Under the pieces are notes generated by a model. It ran no database searches. It was not told the DNA's origin and saw nothing but the letters and a program-made list of their open reading frames with translations. Positions 46,307-56,473 of a DNA stretch of 61,561 nt are shown one piece after another. Each line of letters opens with the position of its first letter. Positions within the stretch are counted from its first letter, which is position 1. Source of the stretch: an uncultured Desulfovibrio sp. (GTDB taxonomy: Bacteria > Desulfobacterota > Desulfovibrionia > Desulfovibrionales > Desulfovibrionaceae); NCBI GenBank assembly GCA_944327095.1, contig CALVGM010000119.1, forward strand, positions 1-61,561, written 5' to 3'. The position numbers and the translations under genes were made by a program.

Positions 46307-47323
46307 CTAGCGCGCAGCAGCGCTCCCGGCTCTTTTGGCTGCAAGGTCGGCAAGTGCCAGAATGGTGTTGGCGTAGCGGGTGGACTTGTTGTAGCGCATG
46401 AGCACACTGTGCCTGGCTGCCCTTGAGCTGTTCTCCTTCCAGCCGTGCCTGGCAAGGTAGTTGGCAAGGCTTGCTATGGCGTCCTCGGGCGTGTAGAGAT
46501 CGATCACGCCATCGCCGTTTCCGTCTGCCCCGTAGGGGGCAATATTGCTCGGCATGAACTGGCACAGGCCCACGGCCCCGTAGACAGAGCCAGGCAGGGT
46601 GGCGGGTTCAATGCCGTTGTCCACCATGTAGCGCACAAGTGCCCTGGTTTCCCTGTAGGCCCACTCCGAACGCTTGGCCATGGTCCTGGCAAACCAGGCC
46701 TCGTGCTCCTCGTATCCGGGCATCCTGCCAAGCCAGTCCGCTATGTCGTCCAGACTCGTGCTCTCGGCCATGCTGGCCAGGGTCTGCAGGGCATTGTCCC
46801 CCTTGGCGCCAAGATAGGCGCCAAGCCTTGTTTCCACAAAGAGCAGCGCGCAGGCAACCTCGGGCTCGACCCCGTACCTTTTCTCGGCTGCGGCAAAGGC
46901 CTGCCTGTGCTCATCCATGAAGGCCAGGCACTTGTCCGCGTTGGCAGCTGTCACAACGCCCTTGTAGACCTGGGAAGCCGGCTTTTTGGGGGGCTTTGGG
47001 GAGGGCAGAAAGTTCTTTTTGTAGAGCTCTGTCATCTTGCGGCCCATGGGCGCGGAGCTCTTTGCCCCAAGGCTTGCCAAAAGGCTGTCCACCTTTGGGC
47101 CTGACAGGCCATCCGCCGCAAGCCGTGCGCGCAGATGTTGCCACTGCGAAGCCACATTCTGGCCACTTGCGTCATCCATGGGCGGAAGATTGGCCATCCG
47201 GGCAGGCGCATCCTCGCGTTCCTGGGCGGCGCAGGCTGGCAAAGTCATCAGGGCAAGGAGCAAAAACAGAAAGGCGCCCCTTTTCAGGACACCTTCCCGG
47301 ACTGCGTTCGTGATGCGATGCAT
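46307..47323 (-). CDS. Lytic murein transglycosylase (MltB-like, SLT_2)
   Basis: VETRLG, GSVYGAVGLCQFMPSN, EF-hand-like DGNGDGVIDL, DAIASLANYL..HGW and RYNKS..YA. Confidence 0.88.
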   Translation of the reverse strand: MHRITNAVREGVLKRGAFLFLLLALMTLPACAAQEREDAPARMANLPPMDDASGQNVASQWQHLRARLAADGLSGPKVDSLLASLGAKSSAPMGRKMTELYKKNFLPSPKPPKKPASQVYKGVVTAANADKCLAFMDEHRQAFAAAEKRYGVEPEVACALLFVETRLGAYLGAKGDNALQTLASMAESTSLDDIADWLGRMPGYEEHEAWFARTMAKRSEWAYRETRALVRYMVDNGIEPATLPGSVYGAVGLCQFMPSNIAPYGADGNGDGVIDLYTPEDAIASLANYLARHGWKENSSRAARHSVLMRYNKSTRYANTILALADLAAKRAGSAAAR

Positions 47324-47392
47324 GTTGTCTTCCCGATTTGTCCGAGGGTGATCCCCTATGCCGGGATCACCCCCAAAAGACCTGGGCAAGGG

Positions 47393-48241
47393 CTACTTCA
47401 GGTGCTTCAGCAGGGCATCGGGGGAGGAGAGAACCATCTTGCTGTTTTCGCCAAGAGAGGTTTTCATGGCCTCGAGCCAGCGCTGAAAGGCGTAGAAGTC
47501 CTTGTTCTTGTTGTAGGCTTCGGCGTAGATCTGGGCAGCGCGCGCGTCCGCGTCACCGCGAATGATCTGGCTGTCCCTGGCAGCGTCCGCCAGAATGATG
47601 GCCTTCTGCCTGTCCGCGTCGGAACGGATGCGGGTAGACTCTTCGTCGCCCTCGGAGCGGTACTGCTTGGCCTGGCGCTCGCGTTCCGCGCGCATGCGGT
47701 CAAAGATGGCGCGCAGGTTTTCGGCAGGCAGGTCCGTACGCTTGATGCGCACGTCGAGCACTTCCACACCAAAGTTCTTCATGATGCCCTTCACCTTTTC
47801 CGTGACCTCGGTCATGATGGCCGCTCTCTGGGTGGAGACCACCTCGGACAGGGTGTAGGCACCGACCATGGCGCGCAGCTGCGAGTAGACCACGTCGTCC
47901 AGGCGGGCCTGGGCGCCCACAAGGGTGCGCATGGTGCGGTAGAACTGCAGGGGATCCGTGATGCGCCAGCGTGCGTAGTTGTCCAGCACTATGGCCTTCT
48001 TGTCCACGGTAAAGGCTTCCCTGGAGCTCGCCTCGTAGTCCAGCACGCGGGCGTCAAAGTAGATGACCTTCTGGATGAAGGGCAGCTTGAAGTGCAGGCC
48101 GGGCTTGTACACGTCTTCCAAGGGCTCGCCCAGCTGCAGAACTATGGCTGTTTCCATCTGATTGACAGTAAAGACGGACTGGCTGAGCAGGGCCAGGGCC
48201 AGCAGGACCACCAGGGCCAGAGAGGAGACTTTCTTGTTCAT
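47393..48241 (-). CDS. hflC: FtsH protease modulator HflC
   Basis: SPFH domain; PGLHFKLPFIQ, DVRIKRTDLP and RMRAERER.A..YRSEG. Confidence 0.95.
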   Translation of the reverse strand: MNKKVSSLALVVLLALALLSQSVFTVNQMETAIVLQLGEPLEDVYKPGLHFKLPFIQKVIYFDARVLDYEASSREAFTVDKKAIVLDNYARWRITDPLQFYRTMRTLVGAQARLDDVVYSQLRAMVGAYTLSEVVSTQRAAIMTEVTEKVKGIMKNFGVEVLDVRIKRTDLPAENLRAIFDRMRAERERQAKQYRSEGDEESTRIRSDADRQKAIILADAARDSQIIRGDADARAAQIYAEAYNKNKDFYAFQRWLEAMKTSLGENSKMVLSSPDALLKHLK

Positions 48242-49471
48242 TTACTTGCCCTCCCCGGCCTTCGGGGCCTTTGCTGCCCCAAGGGTGGGCAACGGCAGGT
48301 AGGGGAGCGCGCGCTCGCCAGCCTGGCCGTCCAGCACAACCTTTTCCTCGGCCCTCTTGAGAATGTCTTCCATGGTTTCGTAGTAGAGGCGCTGCCCCGT
48401 GACCTCCGGGGCCTTTTCGTACTCTACGCGCAGGGCATTGAAGCGGCTCGCCGCGCCTTCGGCGTTCTGCACGCGGGTTGCGGCATAGGCTTCGGCAGCG
48501 TTGCGTATGGCGGACGCCTGACCTCGCGCCTGGGGAAGAATGGCGTTGCGGTAGGCTTCGGCCTCGTTGATGATGCGGCTCTTGTCCTCGCGCGCCGAGG
48601 CCACGTCCTTGAAGGCCTCGATGACTTCCTGCGGCGGATGCACGTCCTGCAGCTGCACGGCAAGGACCTGAATGCCTGCGCCATAGCGGTCGAGAATGGT
48701 CTGCAGAAGCTGGGTCGCGTCGCTCTGGATCTGCAGCTTGCCGTCCGTGATGGCCGAGTCGATGAGGTTGTTGCCTATGACCTCGCGCATGGCTGCCTCG
48801 GCGGCATTGTGCACAAGGGACGTGGGATCAGCCACGTTGAACAGGTACTGCACCGCGTCCTTGATCTTGTACTGCACGGAGAACTGCACGTTCACCACGT
48901 TCTCGTCGCCTGTCAGCATGGAGGCTTCCTGGGGCATGGTGCGCACCCTGCCCTGCTGGAAGGTGGCGGACTGGCCCCCCACATTGCGGTAGCCTATCTC
49001 GCTGCGCAGAACCTGGGTGACCTTGGGGGTGTAGACCGTCTCGATGGGCAGGGGCAGGGCATAGTGGGGACCAGGGCCTGTGCTGCGGTTGTATTTTCCA
49101 AAGCGCAGGACAACGCCTTCCTCGTCCGGCTCCACAATGTAGATGCCGGACAAGAGCCACACAGCCAGAAGGATGCCCAGCAAAATCCACAAGCCCTTGC
49201 CTGTGGCAAAGCCCGGCCTTGGCATCTTGAAAGCCACCACGCGCGGGCCCCGGCCACGGCCGCCACTGTCGCCGCCGTTACCTCCGTTTCCGCCATTGTT
49301 GCCATTGCTGCCGCCGCCAAAGAATTCGCGGCGTTCCCTGTCGTCTGCGTTGGGCCTGGGTTCCTCGGGTTCGGGGTCACGCGGCGGAGGGGTAAACCCC
49401 TTCTGCTTGGCCCTTTTTTCCTGCAGCTTGTCCCAGTCCCAGTTTTTCAGTACCTGAGCGGTTGAACTCAT
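48242..49471 (-). CDS. hflK: FtsH protease modulator HflK
   Basis: N-terminal WDWDKL, Gly-rich linker, MLTGDENVV, PPQEVIEAFKDV..AREDK and APEVT..RLY.ETME. Confidence 0.95.
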   Translation of the reverse strand: MSSTAQVLKNWDWDKLQEKRAKQKGFTPPPRDPEPEEPRPNADDRERREFFGGGSNGNNGGNGGNGGDSGGRGRGPRVVAFKMPRPGFATGKGLWILLGILLAVWLLSGIYIVEPDEEGVVLRFGKYNRSTGPGPHYALPLPIETVYTPKVTQVLRSEIGYRNVGGQSATFQQGRVRTMPQEASMLTGDENVVNVQFSVQYKIKDAVQYLFNVADPTSLVHNAAEAAMREVIGNNLIDSAITDGKLQIQSDATQLLQTILDRYGAGIQVLAVQLQDVHPPQEVIEAFKDVASAREDKSRIINEAEAYRNAILPQARGQASAIRNAAEAYAATRVQNAEGAASRFNALRVEYEKAPEVTGQRLYYETMEDILKRAEEKVVLDGQAGERALPYLPLPTLGAAKAPKAGEGK

Positions 49472-49780
49472 GCGCCCTCCTTGGGCAGCGTCGGGGTTGT
49501 CCCGGTATGCATGGATGTATTTGTGTCTGCTTGTATTGCCTGCTTGTCCTGCGCGTGCGCAACTTGCGGTCCGGCTGGCCTTGCCGAGCGGCAAAATCCC
49601 GAGGCATGGGCCATCTTGCGCTTGCCAGAAGCGCTGTTAGTATGGCAGAGGACGGTAGAAATTGCAATTTTGCTAAGCTTTTTGTTTCACAACCCTTTTC
49701 GGGCCCGGATGCCTTTCTCTGGCTGCCCTGCCAGGACAGCGCATCCCCCGGACCGAGCGCTGCCGCAGGAGAGGCGCAAC

Positions 49781-50587
49781 ATGCTGATCAAACTCGTTTC
49801 CTGGAACGTGAACGGCCTTCGGGCCGTTTCCACCAAGCCGGACTGGTCCTGGTTCAACAAGGACACTGCGCAAATCATAGGCCTGCAGGAAACCAAGGCC
49901 ACCCCCGAGCAGCTGGCTCCCGGCCTTGCCCATCCAGATGGCTGGCACAGCTACTTTGCCTCCAGCGTGGTAAAGAAGGGCTATTCGGGCGTTGCGGTTT
50001 TCAGCCAGCCCGAGCCCCTGCATGTCCGGCTCGAGCTGCCGGAGGAAAAATGGCAGGGCGAGGGACGCATTGCCCACCTCGAATACGAGAAGTTCCACTT
50101 TATCAACGGCTACTTCCCCAATGGCGGAGCCGAAATACTGGACGCCAACGGCAAGCATCAGGGTGCCTTCAAGCGCCTGGACTACAAGATGGGCTTTTTC
50201 GAGGCCTTTCTTGCCTACGTTGAAAAACTGCGCAGGACAAAGCCTGTGGTGGTGTGCGGCGACTTCAACATAGCCCACAGGGAAATAGATCTTGCACGAC
50301 CAAGGCAGAACGTGCTCAACACGGGCTTTCTGCCTGTGGAGCGGGCCTTTCTGGACCGTTTTGTGGACCTTGGCTGGATTGATACCTTCCGCCATGTGCA
50401 CGGGGACGAAAGGGATGCCTATTCCTGGTGGTCCTACAAGTCCAGGGCCAGGGAGAAGAACATCGGCTGGCGCATAGACTACTTCTTTGTGACAAGCGAT
50501 CTGGCTGGCAACATAGCAGATGCCTGGATTGAGAGCGGGCAGTACGGCTCGGATCACTGCCCAGTGGGTCTGGCGCTGGAATTCTGA
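49781..50587 (+). CDS. xth: Exodeoxyribonuclease III / AP endonuclease
   Basis: Motifs SWNVNGLRA, LQETK, GYSGVA, YFPNG, GDFNIAH, GWRIDY and SDHCP. Confidence 0.95.
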   Translation: MLIKLVSWNVNGLRAVSTKPDWSWFNKDTAQIIGLQETKATPEQLAPGLAHPDGWHSYFASSVVKKGYSGVAVFSQPEPLHVRLELPEEKWQGEGRIAHLEYEKFHFINGYFPNGGAEILDANGKHQGAFKRLDYKMGFFEAFLAYVEKLRRTKPVVVCGDFNIAHREIDLARPRQNVLNTGFLPVERAFLDRFVDLGWIDTFRHVHGDERDAYSWWSYKSRAREKNIGWRIDYFFVTSDLAGNIADAWIESGQYGSDHCPVGLALEF

Positions 50588-50639
50588 TGCGATCCTGACC
50601 TGGCCCCTGGGGCCAGCCAGGCCTGCACAAAAACAACCA

Positions 50640-50680
50640 GGGGGACACCCGCAAATCCTTTGCGCGGGTGTCCCCCTTTT
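50640..50680 (+). terminator. Intrinsic terminator between convergent xth and TPR genes
   Basis: GGGGGACACCCGC...GCGGGTGTCCCCC followed by TTTT. Confidence 0.7.
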
Positions 50681-50726
50681 GCTCCCGCGGCATGCCGCAG
50701 GTCCTGACAAACGACAGACAGGCGGA

Positions 50727-51356
50727 TTAGGCGAACTTTTCGGCCACTTCCTGCTTGTAGCCCTCGGGCACGGCAAAGCCCAGCTCCTCGGCCTTTTCCA
50801 TGGCTTCCTTCGCTTCCTCGAAACGGCCCTGCTCGAACAGGGAGAGGGAGAGGTTCTGCCAGGCAGGGGCAAAGCTCGGCTCGTCTGCGATAAGGGCGCG
50901 GCTCGATTTTTCGCTCTGCTCGTAATTGCCCTGCATGAGGTAGGCAATGGCCTCGTCGTTGCGGGCCTGCACAAACTTGGGATCCCACTTCAGGGCCTTG
51001 GCAAGGTGCTGCAGGGCCTTGTCGGGTTCGCGGCGCTGCAGGTGCACAAAGGCAATGTTGCTCTCCGCAATGGCAAACTTGGGCCGGAAGGCAGCTGCGT
51101 CGGTGTTGTACCTGAGGCAGCCGTCAAGGTCGCCCCTCTGCAGGCAAATGCCTCCCAGCTGCACCATGGCCTCGGCCATGTGCGGGGACTCGCGCAGGGC
51201 ATCGCGGAAGGCGTTCTCCGCGCCCACAAAGTCGCGCTTGCTCAAAAGGGCCAGGCCGAGGTTGTAGTGATGTGCCGCGCACGCGCCGTCGGACTTTTCA
51301 ATGGCGTCCTGCAGGTCGGCGATATATTCGTTGATGTCGTCGTACGTGTCTTTCAT
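50727..51356 (-). CDS. Tetratricopeptide repeat protein
   Basis: Consecutive TPR-like helices (HYNLGLALL, AMVQLGGI, AWQNLSLSLF). Confidence 0.85.
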   Translation of the reverse strand: MKDTYDDINEYIADLQDAIEKSDGACAAHHYNLGLALLSKRDFVGAENAFRDALRESPHMAEAMVQLGGICLQRGDLDGCLRYNTDAAAFRPKFAIAESNIAFVHLQRREPDKALQHLAKALKWDPKFVQARNDEAIAYLMQGNYEQSEKSSRALIADEPSFAPAWQNLSLSLFEQGRFEEAKEAMEKAEELGFAVPEGYKQEVAEKFA

Positions 51357-51439
51357 GGAATAACCTTTTGGGCGGGGAGCTCAATCCCCCCTGTTTGCTG
51401 GTTGGTTGCTGGTTGAATTTGACTCGCTGGAGCCACGCC

Positions 51440-51865
51440 CTACCTGGGCATGGTCTCGAGATGGGGTTTCACATGGCCTTCGCGGCGCAGAAGATCCGCG
51501 TACCACAGGCAAAAATCAAAGGTGCCGCGCACGGTCTCGTCGCGATTGACGATTCCCAGTGCAGCCTGCAGGGCGCCACGGGCATACTCGTTGCTGTAGG
51601 AATCGCTCTTGCCCACAAGCTGCAGAAATTCGCGCACCAGCTCCTGGGTCGTCCTCTTGGTCGCGTCCTGGCGTATGTCCAGGGGATCGTTCGGTTTCTG
51701 GAAGGGATCCCAGTTCTCGTAGCCAATGCGATCCACAAAGCGCCTGCCGCGCGGGCTCATCCGCTCGTACATGTCGCGCTTGCTGGCCTCCTGTTCCTCG
51801 TTCAGCTCCTGCGGAGTATTGTCGCGGTACATGAAGGCGTGTATTTCGGAAAGAAAGCTCGGCAT
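51440..51865 (-). CDS. Conserved hypothetical protein of the ferredoxin operon
   Basis: MYERMSPRGRRFVDRIGYENWDPFQKPNDP motif; operonic position between the YkgJ and TPR genes; AGGAGG RBS. Confidence 0.75.
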   Translation of the reverse strand: MPSFLSEIHAFMYRDNTPQELNEEQEASKRDMYERMSPRGRRFVDRIGYENWDPFQKPNDPLDIRQDATKRTTQELVREFLQLVGKSDSYSNEYARGALQAALGIVNRDETVRGTFDFCLWYADLLRREGHVKPHLETMPR

Positions 51866-51885
51866 GATTTCCTCCTGATCTCTTC

Positions 51886-52557
51886 CTAGCTCCTCTCGGG
51901 CCTGGCAGGGCCAATGCCCAGAAAAGTGTCGTCAAAGGACGTGAGCAGCGCCATGGACACGGGCATGAGCACTTCGTGCAGCTTGTCGAAGCGGCTGTGC
52001 ACTGCCCTTTCTATGGCCAGGCTCATGTCGTTGAGCGCGGCCTGTATGCTGTCCAGCCTGAGGGTTGGGTACTGACCGCCCTGGCTGAAGCCGGAAAGCC
52101 CGCACACGTGCCCCTGTCCGGCAATGCTTGTGGGCACGCCATAGGCCCTGCAGGTAATGGGGCGCGCATCGTAGAGGATGCACTGGTTGTTCTCGTCAAG
52201 CAGGGGACAGGGCATGCGCATTTCGGCTGCCTCGTGCAGAACATTGTCCGCGTCCTGGCTGCTCTTGTATTCCCTGAAGAGATTTTTCTTGATTTTTGCA
52301 AGCTGGCGGTCGATTTTGCTGGCCCTTTCCAGAAGTGCCGAGCGCTCGGGGCCGTAGTCAAACTTCTGTCTGAAGGCCCTGTTGATATACATGGCCTCGA
52401 CTAAAGGCACGTCGAAAAGCGCGTGACAGCAGTCGCTGCATCCCACATGGCAGGCCATGCAGTCCGGATACTTCTGGCCGACCTGGGCAAAGGCCTGGTC
52501 TACCAGAGCACGCAGCTTTTCGTATTGGGCAAATATGGGGGTGAGATCGGGCACCAT
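51886..52557 (-). CDS. YkgJ-family (CxxCxxCC) Fe-S/Zn cluster protein
   Basis: C..GCSDCC and CPLL....C.LY..RP..CR.YG motifs. Confidence 0.88.
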   Translation of the reverse strand: MVPDLTPIFAQYEKLRALVDQAFAQVGQKYPDCMACHVGCSDCCHALFDVPLVEAMYINRAFRQKFDYGPERSALLERASKIDRQLAKIKKNLFREYKSSQDADNVLHEAAEMRMPCPLLDENNQCILYDARPITCRAYGVPTSIAGQGHVCGLSGFSQGGQYPTLRLDSIQAALNDMSLAIERAVHSRFDKLHEVLMPVSMALLTSFDDTFLGIGPARPERS

Positions 52558-52711
52558 GGGCTGGGCTTCTCCTTGCAAGTGAGATTTGGGAGGGCTTTGG
52601 CAATGCCTGGCCCGGACCAGGCAGGCGACGGGCCAGAAAAGAAAAAAATGCCGCCTTCAGACATATAAGTCCTCTGGCGGCATAGTCAAAAGGGGGCCGA
52701 AGCCCCTGCAG

Positions 52712-52900
52712 TTATATTTCTTTGACTTCGATGGCGTCGGAAGAGCAGACTTCCACACAGGATTCACAGCCGAGGCACTCGTCTGCGTTGACAGGATTGG
52801 ACTTGCCGTCCTGCAGCTCGTAGACTTCAACGGGGCAAACGTCCACGCACTCGCCGCAGCCCACGCACTTCTCGGTGTCAACAGTAACTTCGTAAGACAT
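52712..52900 (-). CDS. 2[4Fe-4S] ferredoxin (62 aa)
   Basis: CVGCGECVDVCP and CLGCESCVEVCS; GGAGG RBS. Confidence 0.95.
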   Translation of the reverse strand: MSYEVTVDTEKCVGCGECVDVCPVEVYELQDGKSNPVNADECLGCESCVEVCSSDAIEVKEI

Positions 52901-53175
52901 GATGTCCTCCCAAACTTGGTCTATGACCTGAAATGATATTTGACGGAATCTCATCCGTCGTTCGCAGTATTGACAAAGGACCCTTCCCTGTCAAGTCACA
53001 GGCTTTCAGTTTTTGTGGGTAATTTGTTGAATAAACTTGCGTTTTTTCTCGTGCCTGCTGTTACTGCCATATTGCGTGTTCCACGGATTTCCCCTTCCAG
53101 GGCCCTTCTCGCAGAACGCCTTCAGCGCAAAGGGGGCACTGCCCCAAAAGTACCCGGAAAGGCTCTCCAGGACGG

Positions 53176-54507
53176 CTAGTAGACCTGCAGCCTCGCGTAA
53201 TAGCCCCTGCCCTGGCGCTCGATGAAGAGCAGTACGCTGTTGGAAAGCCTTTCCTCGCGGAATATGGCAGCCAGGGTCTCCAGGCTGTCCGCCTCGTAGC
53301 CACTGACGCCCCTGAGGACATCCCCCTTGCGCAAAAAGCGCGCAGGGCCCTGATCTTCCACCCTGTCCACCACAAGTCTTCCGCGGGACTTGCGCACAGT
53401 GAAGCCCCAGCGCTTTTCGAGCACGTCCAGGGCCATACTGTCCGTGAAGACCTGGGGCGTGACCGTCAGCCTGCGGATCCTGTCCGGCTCGTGCAGGCCT
53501 GCCACCTCCAGGTTCAGGGGCGTACCCTCAAGCTGGTTGCGCAGAAGGAAGAGGTAGTCGCGCCTGCTCTTGATGTCCGTGCCGTTGACGGACAAGAGCA
53601 CATCCCCGGGCTCTATGCCGGCCCTGGCCGCCGGGGAGTTCTTGTAGACCCCGCTCACCACAATGCCGCGCATGGAGGGAAGCCCGAACTCCATAGCCAG
53701 GCGCTGATCTATGTCGTCCGCCTGCAGGCCGAGCCACAGCGGCGAGGCGGATCTACCCTCCAGGATGCGCTGCATGACCTGGCGGGCCTTGTTGATGGGT
53801 ATGGCAAAGCCAAGCCCCCAGCCCTTGGCGTAGATGGCCGTGTTGATGCCAATGAGACTACCGTCCAGGTTGATGAGGGGCCCTCCGGAATTGCCAGGGT
53901 TGATGGCCGCGTCCGTCTGTATGAGGTCCGTGAAGACCCCGCTTTCCGAACGTATGGTGCGCCCGAGGGCTGAGACCACGCCCGTAGTCACTGTGTGGGA
54001 AAAGCCGTAGGGATTGCCAATGGCAATGACCGTCTCGCCCGGACTCACGTCCGAGCTGTCCCCCATGGGAAGGGAGGGCAGATTCTTGGCACCCTCGAGC
54101 TCAAGCACAGCCAGATCAAAGTCCGGGTCCGCGCCGCGCAGCCTTGCTTTGAACTCGCGCCCGTCCTTCAGGCGTACCTGTATGTCCGTGCCGGACTGGA
54201 CCACGTGGGAATTGGTGAGCACCAGGGCCTTCCTGCCGTCCACAATCACGCCGGACCCCAGGCTCACCCTCTTGCGCTGCCTTGGCTGCATGCCAAAATC
54301 CCCGAAGAACTGCTCAAGCGGGGACACGGCCCTGCCCTGCACGCTGGTGCTTGTGATGTTCACGACTGCCGGCGAGGCCATGTTGACCACCCGCACAACA
54401 GGCGTGTTGCGCACCTCGGAAAGGGCCCATGCCCGGTCCGGCAAAAGCAGGGAACAGAAAAGAATCACTGCCAGGCACAGCCTGTACAGCGCAGCAGGTC
54501 TGATCAT
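53176..54507 (-). CDS. HtrA/DegP-family periplasmic serine protease with PDZ domains
   Basis: Signal peptide; TNSHVV, DLAVL and TDAAINPGNSGGPL catalytic triad; C-terminal PDZ domains. Confidence 0.93.
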   Translation of the reverse strand: MIRPAALYRLCLAVILFCSLLLPDRAWALSEVRNTPVVRVVNMASPAVVNITSTSVQGRAVSPLEQFFGDFGMQPRQRKRVSLGSGVIVDGRKALVLTNSHVVQSGTDIQVRLKDGREFKARLRGADPDFDLAVLELEGAKNLPSLPMGDSSDVSPGETVIAIGNPYGFSHTVTTGVVSALGRTIRSESGVFTDLIQTDAAINPGNSGGPLINLDGSLIGINTAIYAKGWGLGFAIPINKARQVMQRILEGRSASPLWLGLQADDIDQRLAMEFGLPSMRGIVVSGVYKNSPAARAGIEPGDVLLSVNGTDIKSRRDYLFLLRNQLEGTPLNLEVAGLHEPDRIRRLTVTPQVFTDSMALDVLEKRWGFTVRKSRGRLVVDRVEDQGPARFLRKGDVLRGVSGYEADSLETLAAIFREERLSNSVLLFIERQGRGYYARLQVY

Positions 54508-55427
54508 AAAACGTCTCCCCCAAACTGGCGCCGCAGACGCCCAAAAACATTGCCCCTCATCTCCGAGAGCACAAGTCCTGCCAGGGTGAGGGCCATGCCC
54601 GTAGCCGAAAGCAGGGTAATGTGCTCGTCAAGCAGGAAAAAGGCGCCAACCACAGTGACGACCGGCGTCAGGTAGACGTAGGCCGTGGCCCTGACGGCAC
54701 CAAGCACGCGCAAGCCGTAGTTCCAGGTCACAAAGCAGATGGCCGAGGCCAGAACGCCCAGGAAGAGGAAGTTTGCCCAGACTGCCGTGCTGCCTAGATC
54801 CGGCAGATGGACCTCATCCTGAAAGAGCAGGACCAGGCCGGACGTGACAAGCCCCCAGAAAAGAATGCGGCGCGTAGCCTCGAGCAGAGGGTAGCGTCTG
54901 GAAAAGATGCGGCGCGTGAAGATGGAATAGAGAGCCCAGCTGGCAGCCGCCCCCACGGCCAGCAAATCCCCTGCGGGGTTCAGGTTCAGGTAGGTTGCTC
55001 CGTTGAAGGATATGCAGGCTATGCCCGCAATGGCCACCACAAAGCCCACGAAGAAGTTGCCGTGCAGATCCTCCTTCAGAAGGTAGTGCGCGGCAAGGCC
55101 TGTCAGAAAGGGCGCCGTGCAGATGATGAGGCTCACATTGGAGGCATAGGTTATGCTGATGGCCGTGTTCTCGAAGCAGAAATAGAGGGTAATGCCGCTT
55201 GCGCCTGCGCCAAGAAAGAGAAGCTCCTCCTTCCAGCCGCGGCCATGGCGAAAGATCTTCGGCTTCATGCAGAACATGACCAAAAGGGCCAGCACAAAGC
55301 GGAAGAAGAGCACCTCCAGGGGCGTCGAGCCGTGGTTCATGAGGATCTTGCTGGAAATGAAGGTCATGCCCCAGACAAGGGTGGTGCCAAGGGCGCACAA
55401 ATGCGCACACAGAACCTGACTCGTCAC
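54504..55427 (-). CDS. DMT/EamA family transporter
   Basis: About 10 TM helices in two EamA repeats (WGMTF, GDLLA..AA.SWA.Y, LTPV). Confidence 0.9.
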   Translation of the reverse strand: MTSQVLCAHLCALGTTLVWGMTFISSKILMNHGSTPLEVLFFRFVLALLVMFCMKPKIFRHGRGWKEELLFLGAGASGITLYFCFENTAISITYASNVSLIICTAPFLTGLAAHYLLKEDLHGNFFVGFVVAIAGIACISFNGATYLNLNPAGDLLAVGAAASWALYSIFTRRIFSRRYPLLEATRRILFWGLVTSGLVLLFQDEVHLPDLGSTAVWANFLFLGVLASAICFVTWNYGLRVLGAVRATAYVYLTPVVTVVGAFFLLDEHITLLSATGMALTLAGLVLSEMRGNVFGRLRRQFGGDVL

Positions 55428-56339
55428 CTAGCGGCCCCTGCGGGCAAGGCCCAGCTCCACAAGACGTCCCAGAAATTCGGCAAAGGACATGCCCGCGGCC
55501 CTGGCTGCCTTGGGCACAAGGCTGCTGGGCGTCATGCCGGGGATGGTGTTGACTTCCAGAATCTGCAGGCTCCCGTCCTCGCCAAGGATGAAGTCCGCCC
55601 TGCCGTAGCCGTCAAGACCAAGGACCTCCACGGCCTTCAGGGTGTACTCCTGCATCCTCTGTTTCACGTCCTCGGGGATGGGCGCTGGACATATTTCCAG
55701 GGCCCCGCCGTCCTGGTACTTGCTCTCGTAGGTAAAGTAGCCGCCCTTCTGCGGCAGAATGAGGATGGGCGGCAAAGCCTTGTCCCCAAGGACCGCGCAG
55801 GTCACATCGCGTCCCGGCAGGGCCGGCTCCAAAAGCGCGCCCTGGCCCTGGGACAGAATGTCGCGCAAGAGCGCGTCCAGCTCCTGCCTGTTCTCTGCCC
55901 GGCCAAGGTGCAGGGAGGATCCCCCAAGATTGGCCTTGGCAAAGAGCGGATAGGGCAGCCTCGGCTGCCAGGACGCGTCCGGCATGACGGGCAGAAATTC
56001 CCAGTCCGCAGTGGGGATGCCGGCGTCCCGCAGGCACTGCTTGGTGCAGGCCTTGTTCAGGGCGCGAAAGCTTCCCGCAGGCCCTGCTCCCTGGTAGGGG
56101 CAGCCAACGCTGTCCAGCATGGCCTGCACAAGTCCGTCCTCGCCAGGGGTGCCGTGCAGGTTGATGAAGGCAAAGTCGTGCTCCCTGGCTGTGGCAAGCA
56201 GGTCATCGAAGCCAGTCAGAAGATCAAGGACAGTCACGCTGTGACCAAGTTCCTCAAGCGCCTGGCGTATGCCCGGCACTGCCGAAAGGGACACGTCCCT
56301 CTCGCTGGACCAGCCTCCGGCTATCAAAAGAATTTTCAT
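55428..56339 (-). CDS. ddl: D-alanine--D-alanine ligase
   Basis: Motifs GGWSSERDVSL, LHGTPGEDG, GSS, YESKY, GRADF and LEVNTIPGMT..SLVP. Confidence 0.95.
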   Translation of the reverse strand: MKILLIAGGWSSERDVSLSAVPGIRQALEELGHSVTVLDLLTGFDDLLATAREHDFAFINLHGTPGEDGLVQAMLDSVGCPYQGAGPAGSFRALNKACTKQCLRDAGIPTADWEFLPVMPDASWQPRLPYPLFAKANLGGSSLHLGRAENRQELDALLRDILSQGQGALLEPALPGRDVTCAVLGDKALPPILILPQKGGYFTYESKYQDGGALEICPAPIPEDVKQRMQEYTLKAVEVLGLDGYGRADFILGEDGSLQILEVNTIPGMTPSSLVPKAARAAGMSFAEFLGRLVELGLARRGR

Positions 56340-56473
56340 GGCGTTTCAGCGCCCTCCTGCCTGACTTTTTGGGTGGACGAGGAAGGCGCAACCTCCCGTG
56401 CTTTGGGTTGTTGGGTTTCCCCGCAGGGGCGGGGCTTAAAACAGGGGGACTGCCCGCACAGGGGGTCCCTTTC

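Noticed and set aside
52970-52994. TTGACA...TGTCAA inverted repeat upstream of the ferredoxin gene
   Set aside because: Most simply a -35 hexamer plus its mirror; not enough evidence for a specific operator.
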